In this document: piece by piece, positions 1 to 7,100 of the stretch
Layout: every line of letters begins with the position of its first letter
How positions within the stretch are numbered: the first letter of the stretch is position 1
Assembly (NCBI GenBank): GCA_964511035.1
Contig: CAZEDP010000002.1
Coordinates: 1 to 38,380 of the forward strand
DNA: 38,380 nucleotides
Reading direction: 5' to 3'
Source: an uncultured Gammaproteobacteria bacterium
GTDB lineage: Bacteria; Cyanobacteriota; Vampirovibrionia; Gastranaerophilales; CAZEDP01
Made by a program: the position numbers and the translations under genes
Notes under the pieces: model-generated
Seen by the model: only the letters and a program-made list of their open reading frames with translations
Told to the model about the DNA's origin: nothing
Databases searched by the model: none

Positions 1-451
1 GATAAGTAACACCCTTTGGTTTTGCAATTTCTATATAAATAAGTTTACCTGATTTATCAAAATAAAGACTATCTTGATTATAATTGCCAAATAATCTAAG
101 ACCTGCTTGTGTTGTATTTCTATTTACAGGTTTTGGATTAAGTTCATTTATTAAGTCATCTCTTATGTTTAAAGCTTCTCCTATGTCTACAATTCTATCA
201 AAAATAAATTTATCATCTCTCGATATATTTTTTTTATATCCATTTTTCTTAAAAATTTGTTCCTGCGTTTTTAAATATTCAAAATATGTCTTAGGATATA
301 GATGAGCATTTATTTTAAAATTGCAATCTTTAAAAACAAGCTCTTTTGCTTGGTTAGGTATTCCTACTGCCTCTCTGTAAATAGCAGGTAAATAAAAAAT
401 ACTAAAAATAAATGCAAGAATAGTTGAGATTTTTATTACAGTTAGATTCAT
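1..451 (-). CDS. hypothetical protein; N-terminus in window, C-terminus beyond the left edge
   Basis: Not in the supplied ORF track. Manual reverse translation from ATG at 449-451 gives MNLTVIKISTILAFIFSIFYLPAIYREAVGIPNQAKELVFKDCNF..., open down to position 2. The hydrophobic N-terminus suggests a signal peptide or membrane anchor. Confidence 0.45.
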   Translation of the reverse strand, partial: MNLTVIKISTILAFIFSIFYLPAIYREAVGIPNQAKELVFKDCNFKINAHLYPKTYFEYLKTQEQIFKKNGYKKNISRDDKFIFDRIVDIGEALNIRDDLINELNPKPVNRNTTQAGLRLFGNYNQDSLYFDKSGKLIYIEIAKPKGVTY

Positions 452-807
452 TTCGAAAAAATTTTTGCAAATTTTTAATAACTTTTTTTTCATAATATTT
501 TTTGAAATAATTAATTTTTTAAATATTATACGACAATTGAAATTAATATTATTAATGTATTTTCGGTTTTATAAGCATTAAAATATAATTCAGTATATAA
601 TCTGCAACAATTCATAAAGCTTGGATTGATAAAACCGGAAATTTAAATGCAATAATTTTTGATGTATATGATTTTAGTAAAATGAAAAATCGAGGTGACA
701 TTATAGCTAGAATAAATAACCAGATGGAAACTTGGCAAGAGCATAAAAATATCGAAAATTATTTTGTCATAGTTTTTGTTAAAATAAATAGAGCTAAATA
801 ACCTTGA

Positions 808-1380
808 TTGTTCATGATTGATAAAATTATCGAAAAATTAAATCGCCAAACTGTTGTTAAAAATCTTTTAAAATGGGAGATTATTATATTTGTTTTTGTA
901 AATTTAATTATTTTAACAAATATATTTCCATACATAGCAACATATCTTGCATATATGGGGTATTTATATATTAAGTGGCTATATAAAGCACAAATTGAGG
1001 GCATTTCTGTTATATTGATGTTGGCTATATATTTAATGCCTTTCTTAATAATTATAAAATATTTATTACTACCATTAACAATCTTTATCATATTAAGACT
1101 GAGTAAAAACAAAGAAATCATAACAAGAATAAGACTTGTTTTTCAAAATATTAACATCCAATTAAGGATAATTTTTTATGCTGTAGTAGTTGATATATTT
1201 GCTATTATTCTTTCATATCTAGCTAGATCTTTTATAGAACACTCTTATTATTATTCAGATTCAGATCTATTCTGGAGGTTAATTTTTGGAGGATTAACAG
1301 GGAGTTATCTGGTGCTTTTTTTATTCGGATTTATTTTTAAAAGGCTGAAAGGATTTTCATTATTGAAAAATGGAAAATAA
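808..1380 (+). CDS. multi-pass membrane protein of unknown function, directly upstream of an ImmD-like gene pair
   Basis: 190-aa ORF with several long hydrophobic stretches (IIIFVFVNLIILTNIF, VILMLAIYLMPFLIII, IIFYAVVVDIFAIILSYL, LTGSYLVLFLFGFIF). Its stop lies 2 nt before the next start codon. Confidence 0.5.
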   Translation: MFMIDKIIEKLNRQTVVKNLLKWEIIIFVFVNLIILTNIFPYIATYLAYMGYLYIKWLYKAQIEGISVILMLAIYLMPFLIIIKYLLLPLTIFIILRLSKNKEIITRIRLVFQNINIQLRIIFYAVVVDIFAIILSYLARSFIEHSYYYSDSDLFWRLIFGGLTGSYLVLFLFGFIFKRLKGFSLLKNGK

Positions 1381-1382
1381 TT

Positions 1383-1688
1383 ATGACAAATGAAGCATTA
1401 AATCATATCAATTTTTTGATAAAAATAGCTCAGGATTTCTTGAATAATAAAATTAATATAGACGAATTTTGTATTGAGTTTGAGAATTATCTTGATGATC
1501 ATGGAAATGAAATATGCAAATATCATCAAGAAATCTATGAGTATCTTGATGATATAAGAATCGGGATTGCATATTATGAACCCGATCCTGAAATAAGAGA
1601 TCATCCAAGTCTTATTGATGAAAATGAATTAAGAAAAAGAACCAAAAAAGTACTTGATGCATTGTCAAATAAATATAATCTCAGATGA
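1383..1688 (+). CDS. small acidic helical protein, colicin D immunity (ImmD / Colicin_immun)-like, paralogue 1 of 4
   Basis: 101 aa. Pattern FL..KI...EF ... YEPDPE.RD...IDE.ELRK.TK.VLD resembles my recollection of ImmD (LFLASKITAIEF ... [28 protein letters not shown]). Paralogous to 1685-2002, 8669-8974 and 8971-9288. Confidence 0.6.
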   Translation: MTNEALNHINFLIKIAQDFLNNKINIDEFCIEFENYLDDHGNEICKYHQEIYEYLDDIRIGIAYYEPDPEIRDHPSLIDENELRKRTKKVLDALSNKYNLR

Positions 1689-2002
1689 AGATAAATATGA
1701 CAAATGAAGCATTAAATCATATCAATTTTTTGATAAAAATAGCTCAGGATTTTTTAAATAATAAAATTGATATTGAAGAGCTTGATATTGAGTTTGAGGA
1801 TTATTATGTAAATCATGCAAAAGAAATCTTTAATTATAGTCAAGAAATCTATGAATATCTTGATAATATAAGAATGGGAATTGACTATTATGAAGCTGAC
1901 CCTGAAGCAAGAGATTTGCCATGTTTGCTTGATGAGGATGGAGTGAGAAAGGAAACGAAAAGAGTTCTTGATGTATTGGCTGATAAATATAATTTGAGGT
2001 AA
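1685..2002 (+). CDS. ImmD-like small protein, paralogue 2 of 4
   Basis: The ATGA start/stop overlap with the upstream paralogue suggests translational coupling. An alternative start 12 nt downstream gives MTNEALNH, as in paralogue 1. The last ~40 nt are identical to the 3' end of 8971-9288. Confidence 0.6.
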   Translation: MKINMTNEALNHINFLIKIAQDFLNNKIDIEELDIEFEDYYVNHAKEIFNYSQEIYEYLDNIRMGIDYYEADPEARDLPCLLDEDGVRKETKRVLDVLADKYNLR

Positions 2003-2335
2003 TATGAAGCCGTAAATACGACAAATCAGTCCAAGTACACATTTGGGGGTCAGGTCACAAAGAGAGCTATGGTAATGTGTTTAACGATGGTCGGACTGCT
2101 TCGACTGTATAAGCAGTCTCGCAGTGACATGACCGGAGGTAAAGAGGGTTACGACTCTTGGCTTTGCTCAGAATAACGGTTATGGGATGGAAGAAAAAAA
2201 TGAAGACCTTGCGATGCTGAAATAAATTCGGCATGACGGCTAAACGTCTTGTAAAGCAGATCCTCACGCTCCCGTTGGTCACTGAGGATGACATTATTTA
2301 TGTTGTCTGATTTTATGTAATTATGGGGTATTTTT
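2003..2335. ncRNA. candidate structured non-coding element A (unclassified), related to 9289-9627
   Basis: GC-rich segment in AT-rich DNA. It shares the blocks GACCTTGCGATGC...CATGACGG, GTTATGG..GGGA and GAGGATGACAT with element B. It has a perfect 8-bp hairpin (GACTGCTT / AAGCAGTC, ~2093-2118) and a long-range 7-bp helix (CAGTGAC 2122-2128 with GTCACTG 2278-2284). Confidence 0.3.
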
Positions 2336-2584
2336 ATGAACTATCAAGAAATGTACGCTAAATATCAAACTGCAGTCAAACTCAGGGAGCTGAACATTGA
2401 CGGCAATTATAATCTTTTAAAGGAAATATTCAGAGATAAAATGCTCTCTAATATCTCTCTAAACGCTAACGAAAATATTGTCCCGTATCTTGCGGGTATT
2501 AAAGAAGTGTTCTCTTTTGTTGAAAACGAATCCGAACGGGTCTCTTTTTACAGAGAGGAATTGGATAAGGTTTTTGGGGAGTGA
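2336..2584 (+). CDS. hypothetical protein
   Basis: 82-aa ORF only; no motif recognised. Confidence 0.35.
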   Translation: MNYQEMYAKYQTAVKLRELNIDGNYNLLKEIFRDKMLSNISLNANENIVPYLAGIKEVFSFVENESERVSFYREELDKVFGE

Positions 2585-2586
2585 GT

Positions 2587-2829
2587 CTATGCTAAAACAC
2601 TAAAAACATCATCTGCAAAAACGTCTTTTATCAACCTGTTCGTAACTGTATCTTTAAGAGTTATGAAATCTATTGAGTTTTTTCCACCTGCAAAAGTTTG
2701 CGTTCTTCTGCTAACAACTTCGAAAATGTGATCCGGTTTACTAAGTCGATTTATAGCAGTAAAGAAGTTTGCTCGTTCAGGTCTAACCATTACCCTTTCC
2801 ACATACGGGACTAAGCTTTGTACTTGCAT
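2587..2829 (-). CDS. hypothetical protein
   Basis: 80-aa ORF with non-low-complexity composition; no motif recognised. Confidence 0.35.
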   Translation of the reverse strand: MQVQSLVPYVERVMVRPERANFFTAINRLSKPDHIFEVVSRRTQTFAGGKNSIDFITLKDTVTNRLIKDVFADDVFSVLA

Positions 2830-2934
2830 AATTTAACTCTCCTTTTGGAACACGAAAAATAATTGACAATATAATAAAGAACCCTGAAAATTTTTTTTGA
2901 CAGTAAATCGGATAAATTTTACAAAACTAAATAA

Positions 2935-3273
2935 TTATTTTTCTATGAGTTCAAAATTATCTTTAAACAGGATAGTCCTTAAACAGCCGTATTCTTCCTG
3001 CTTTTCTCCCGTTAATCTTAGCGCTCTGACTATTACGACGGGGACTTTTCTGTTATCTTCAATTCCGTGAACCATAACGGATTTGATAATGAATTTTTCC
3101 GGAACTTCAACACCGGGGAAAAAAAATTGAAAAAAAGCTGTGCCTTCCCCGGTTAGTTTAACAATTCTGTTTTTTAATTTTAGATAATCTGCAATCTTAT
3201 AAGAATTTAAAGGGTTCCCCGAAAATTGAGGAAACCCCTTAAATCTGCTATTTAATCCGATTTTAGCAATCAT
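2935..3273 (-). CDS. hypothetical protein
   Basis: 112-aa ORF, divergent from the scaffold-like gene; no motif recognised. Confidence 0.4.
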   Translation of the reverse strand: MIAKIGLNSRFKGFPQFSGNPLNSYKIADYLKLKNRIVKLTGEGTAFFQFFFPGVEVPEKFIIKSVMVHGIEDNRKVPVVIVRALRLTGEKQEEYGCLRTILFKDNFELIEK

Positions 3274-3419
3274 AAATAGTTATTTTCTTTTCTTACAGAG
3301 TAATTTATTGGCAAATAAAATTACATTGGACATATGGATTTAAAAACAAGTGTTTGTCTAAATGTTAATTGAATTTTAATTTATATTATAACCCAATTTC
3401 ACGCAACACAGGAGTTTAT

Positions 3420-4133
3420 ATGGAAAACGAAAATTTCAGCACATCAGAAAATTCAAGCTTGAACCCCGTTCAGAATGAAAATGAAAGTTCACCTACAAAT
3501 GTTCAAGGAAACATTATTAATAATGAGCCGGATTCAATTCCTCAAATTACTGAAAAAACCGATAATACCTTATCTCAACTGGAAGAAGAAAGGAAATTAA
3601 GACAAAAATATGAGGACGCAATCTTTGAACTTAGTGAAAAAGAAATAAATTCTCAGAATTTACAGGCACATTATGATTATCTGCTAAAAAATAAAGGTGA
3701 AGCATATGCAAATCAGTGGCTTGACAACAAGCTAAAGAATTTTTCCGCTGTTCAGACTGAAAACCAGTCTGTCTTAAGAAATGTTCAGACAAAATATCAA
3801 GAATTATATGCCGTTCCTGAAGTTAAGCAGGCAATTGAAGCATATTTACAAATGGATATGAACCAGAATGAAAGCCTGAAAGAACAGGGCTTTGAAGATG
3901 CTGTTGAGTATATTTCTTCGATTTATAAAGCAGGCTATGATGCGGCTTTGAAAATGAAATCTGAAAATAATAATGCAAAATCAAGACTGCAGTCTTCGGT
4001 TAACTGCGGTGTACCGTCTTCCAATACCTCCAGAGCATTTACCAGAGCAGAAATAGCTGCAATGGATACCGAAACTTTTTCTAAAAATGAAAAAGTGATT
4101 TTTGATCAAATGGCAAAAGGCTTGATAAAGTAG
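3420..4133 (+). CDS. phage scaffolding-like protein
   Basis: I prefer the ATG at 3420, preceded by AGGAG at ~3410, over the TTG at 3369. The protein is Q/E/K/N-rich and coiled-coil-like and lies immediately upstream of the capsid gene. Its C-terminal tail FTRAEIAAMDTETFSKNEKVIFDQMAKGLIK is the type seen at scaffold C-termini. Confidence 0.55.
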   Translation: MENENFSTSENSSLNPVQNENESSPTNVQGNIINNEPDSIPQITEKTDNTLSQLEEERKLRQKYEDAIFELSEKEINSQNLQAHYDYLLKNKGEAYANQWLDNKLKNFSAVQTENQSVLRNVQTKYQELYAVPEVKQAIEAYLQMDMNQNESLKEQGFEDAVEYISSIYKAGYDAALKMKSENNNAKSRLQSSVNCGVPSSNTSRAFTRAEIAAMDTETFSKNEKVIFDQMAKGLIK

Positions 4134-4278
4134 CAAAGATTATTTATCAGTTTTGGCGGGACAGCACCTGTTTGCCCCGCTTGCTTTATCTGTCTGATGC
4201 GAAGTTCTCTTTAATCTCTAATATTCTATATATTTACGTTACTAGAACACCAGCTGATTAGCTTGAAAGGAAAAAAAT

Positions 4279-5121
4279 ATGGCTAATGACTTAACAAATT
4301 TTGTACCGGAAATTTGGTCGAAAAAATTGACCACATTGCTTGATAAATCCGGCGTTATGATGCAGTGCATTAACAGGGATTTTGAAGGCGATATAAAAAA
4401 TTCCGGCGATACGGTATATATCCGTTCTTTCGGCAATGTAACCGTAAAAACATATTCCGGCTCTATAACTTATGATGATTTGACTTCGCCCTTGCAAACA
4501 TTGTTAATCGATCAGAAAAAATACTTTGCATTCAAGGTTGATGATGTTTCCAAAGCTCAGTCAAACATCAACATCATGAGCGGCTACCTTGAAAGAGCCC
4601 GTGTTGCTATCGACCTTGCCAAGGACAGTTTTTTACTTGCAAAACATGCAGATGTCCCGAGTGAAAACGTCGTAGGTTCGGAAGAAACACCGGTTGAACT
4701 TACAAAAGACAATATTTATTCGAATTTTGTTGCTATGGCAAAAGCTCTTAAAAAGGCTAACGCTATCACAAAAGGGCAAAAACCCTGGATTGTCATAAAT
4801 CCTGATATCGAAGCTCTTTTAATACAGGCTCCGGAATTCATCCATGCTACTCATTCAGGTGATAATACCTTGAGAGAAGGTTCTATCGGAAAGATTGCCG
4901 GCTTGGACGTTTTGGTCTGTACTAATTTTGAAGCAACTGCCGGCAAATATTATGTGCTTGCAGGTACAAACAATGCCGTTACCTTTGCCTCTCAGGTCGT
5001 TGAAGTTGAATCGATCAGGCTTCAGGATTCATTTGATACAGCCGTCAGAGGTCTCTATGTTTACGGCGCTAAAACAGTCGTAGCAAATGCGCTTGCCAAA
5101 TTAATCTGCACTATATCATAA
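4279..5121 (+). CDS. phage major capsid protein (HK97-fold; P22-coat / N4-gp56-like N-terminal signature)
   Basis: 280 aa. N-terminus NFVPEIWSKKL...NRDFEGDIKNSGDTVYIR is typical of this coat family as I recall it. RBS GGAAAGGAAAAA is present, the gene follows the scaffold gene, and a strong terminator follows it. Confidence 0.75.
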   Translation: MANDLTNFVPEIWSKKLTTLLDKSGVMMQCINRDFEGDIKNSGDTVYIRSFGNVTVKTYSGSITYDDLTSPLQTLLIDQKKYFAFKVDDVSKAQSNINIMSGYLERARVAIDLAKDSFLLAKHADVPSENVVGSEETPVELTKDNIYSNFVAMAKALKKANAITKGQKPWIVINPDIEALLIQAPEFIHATHSGDNTLREGSIGKIAGLDVLVCTNFEATAGKYYVLAGTNNAVTFASQVVEVESIRLQDSFDTAVRGLYVYGAKTVVANALAKLICTIS

Positions 5122-5145
5122 TTGCGTTTCCGTTGGGGTTGTCGT

Positions 5146-5181
5146 CCGGACGGCGGGTAAAACCGCCGTCCGGTTTTCTTT
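5146..5181 (+). terminator. rho-independent terminator after the capsid gene
   Basis: CCGGACGGCGG gtaaaa CCGCCGTCCGG (perfect 11-bp stem) followed by TTTTCTTT. Confidence 0.75.
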
Positions 5182-5204
5182 ACAAACAAAATTGAGGATG
5201 ATTT

Positions 5205-5519
5205 ATGAATGATTATAATGAAATAGAAAAACAATTATTAGGTAATAAAGCCGATTCTTATGAGACTGAAGTTAATTTCGGCCTTGAAAATGAAATAGCG
5301 GAAGCACGGGAACTCAAAGAGAAAAAATTGAGCCCCTTGAAAATAACAGATATCAACAAAATATCACCTGATAAAAAATACGATAAAAATTCCATATATA
5401 GAGTTTTTAACAGAAAAAACAAAACTGAAACATACGTCAACGGTGAGCAGGCCGAAAATATGGTCAAATATACGGAAGATTATATTATTCGTTTTGATCA
5501 TCGGATTGAGATGGTGTAG
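5205..5519 (+). CDS. hypothetical protein (phage module)
   Basis: 104-aa ORF with GAGGATG-type RBS context. Its 3' end overlaps the convergent TPR gene by 35 nt. Confidence 0.4.
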   Translation: MNDYNEIEKQLLGNKADSYETEVNFGLENEIAEARELKEKKLSPLKITDINKISPDKKYDKNSIYRVFNRKNKTETYVNGEQAENMVKYTEDYIIRFDHRIEMV

Positions 5520-6225
5520 CAAGATCTTTTTTTACTTTTGTAAAATGAGGATTGATTTCGAGAGCTTTTTGATAATTTTCAACGGCCAAGTCTTTTAAAC
5601 CAACTATTTCATAAACTACAGCCAAATTGTAATAATTTATTTCCGAATTAGGTTCGCGTTCAATCAATTCTTTATAAATGCTGATAGCAGAGGTGTAATC
5701 ATGCCTGATAATGTAAATAGCTGCAATCTTATTGAGCGACCAATCAGACATAGCATAAGAAGCCGGTAATTTTTTAAAATTATCGAAAGCTAAGTCAATC
5801 GATTTTATTTCAAAATATGTGTTAGCCAGATTTTCAACCGCTATATTTAATGAAGGATTTATCTTAATAGCCTTTTTAAAACTATCTATTGCTTTATTGA
5901 AATTCTTTTTTCTGAAATACAAAGAACCAAGATTATTGTATGTTAAATCATCAGAAGGGTTCAATTCTAAAGCTTTTTGGTAACTTAAAACAGCTTGTTT
6001 TACCATCCCTTTTTTAGTATATGCCAGCCCTAAATCATAAAATATTTTGAAATTTTGAGGGTCATTTTTTAAAGCTCTTTTATATGATTTTATGGCTGAA
6101 GTGTAATCCCCGTTATTGTAAAAATCAATGCCTTCTTGTAAATAACTGTTATTATTCAGTTCTTGAGACAAAGCTAAATTGCAATAAATCAAAACTAAAA
6201 ATAAAGTAGAAAATATTTTTTTCAT
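5485..6225 (-). CDS. secreted TPR-repeat protein (opposite-strand insert in the virion module)
   Basis: Signal peptide MKKIFSTLFLVLIYCNLALS-QE. Repeated TPR signatures (AIKSYKRALKNDPQN, AVLSYQKALELNPSD, AIDSFKKAIKINPS, AVENYQKALEINPH). Confidence 0.8.
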   Translation of the reverse strand: MKKIFSTLFLVLIYCNLALSQELNNNSYLQEGIDFYNNGDYTSAIKSYKRALKNDPQNFKIFYDLGLAYTKKGMVKQAVLSYQKALELNPSDDLTYNNLGSLYFRKKNFNKAIDSFKKAIKINPSLNIAVENLANTYFEIKSIDLAFDNFKKLPASYAMSDWSLNKIAAIYIIRHDYTSAISIYKELIEREPNSEINYYNLAVVYEIVGLKDLAVENYQKALEINPHFTKVKKDLATPSQSDDQNE

Positions 6226-6357
6226 TAAAAATGATTCCGTTACAAATTAATTAAATCTTAGCAAAATTGACATTTGGGGTAAATCGCCTTATAAAAACTA
6301 TACTTAACCGAAAAAGTACTTGGATTAGAAATTAACAATTCTTGAAAGGAAAAAATA

Positions 6358-7077
6358 ATGACTAACTTTGACGATATATTGAAAAATGTTTGCGTGCTTG
6401 TTCATGAGGAGCCGCCTGTCAATTTTGACGACGATAACCCGCCGTTTCCGGAAATCAAACAGTATATTAAAGAAATCTTGAGTGAAGTCTGTTTAAGGTT
6501 CCCTTTTACCTTCAGGGAAAGAAAATATACTTTCCAAACCACATCAGGACAAAAAGAATATGATATTTCCGCAAATGTTCAACTCAACAGCATTCTTAAA
6601 GACGGGGTAAGAATTGAAGATACTCTTCTGCCTCTGTATTTTGTTAAGCACAGTGACCTCGATAAACTTTCGGAAGAAAGCGGAAAGCCGTTAAGATATT
6701 CTATTTTCGGCGGAAAATTAATACTTGACCCGATACCGGACAGTTCTTATTCCGTTCAGATTAAATTTTTGACGCAGAACTGCGCTTTTAACAGTGATAA
6801 AACTGAAGAAAAAGATAATCTTGAAGATGCAGCAGATGTACCGCTAATACCCGAGAAGTTCATAAAAGTAATTGAATGGGGGACAGCGTCCCTTTACAGA
6901 CAGAATTACAAACCCGATGAAAAATACAAGTTCACAAGAGAAAAATTCCTTGAGTATCTGCTTGAAATGCAAAGACAGGACGGTTACGGCGGAGATTCCG
7001 AAGGGAGAATTGTGTTCGAAAAGGGATTTGATAGTAATTCGTCGCTTATAAAAGAATTTTTCAGAACAGATATTTAA
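6358..7077 (+). CDS. phage structural protein (possible head-tail adaptor)
   Basis: 239-aa ORF with RBS GAAAGGAAAAAA, located between the capsid and other virion genes. Assignment is by position and general resemblance only. Confidence 0.35.
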   Translation: MTNFDDILKNVCVLVHEEPPVNFDDDNPPFPEIKQYIKEILSEVCLRFPFTFRERKYTFQTTSGQKEYDISANVQLNSILKDGVRIEDTLLPLYFVKHSDLDKLSEESGKPLRYSIFGGKLILDPIPDSSYSVQIKFLTQNCAFNSDKTEEKDNLEDAADVPLIPEKFIKVIEWGTASLYRQNYKPDEKYKFTREKFLEYLLEMQRQDGYGGDSEGRIVFEKGFDSNSSLIKEFFRTDI

Positions 7078-7100
7078 CAATAAATTAATAGGAAATAATT

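Noticed and set aside
84-305. 73-aa plus-strand ORF from the track
   Set aside because: It lies antisense within a longer minus-strand frame (1-451) that has a start codon and a plausible signal-like N-terminus. Its own sequence looks like AT-rich noise.
759-1121. 120-aa minus-strand ORF
   Set aside because: It is antisense to the longer plus-strand membrane-protein ORF (808-1380), which is tightly coupled to the downstream genes. In DNA this AT-rich, long antisense ORFs are expected by chance.
2067-2294. 75-aa minus-strand ORF inside GC-rich element A
   Set aside because: The related element B has no corresponding ORF. The conserved blocks between A and B do not preserve this frame, and the peptide looks non-protein-like.
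2003-2335. Idea that elements A and B are a DGR template/variable repeat pair or a retron msr/msd
   Set aside because: No reverse transcriptase gene is present in the window. Differences between the copies are not adenine-specific. The similarity is in short blocks rather than one ~100-nt repeat.
4134-4278. Imperfect hairpin GCGGGACA...TGTTTGCCCCGC followed by TTGCTTT, between the scaffold and capsid genes, as an attenuator
   Set aside because: The stem is interrupted and the U tract is poor. This is too weak to call without transcript data.
4895-5083. Off-frame and antisense ORFs inside phage genes (4242-4497, 4895-5083, 5258-5467, 6844-7080, 7337-7555, 10673-10963, 11224-11448, 11953-12138, 13448-13687)
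   Set aside because: Each is nested in a longer ORF that has better context (RBS, coupling, motifs).
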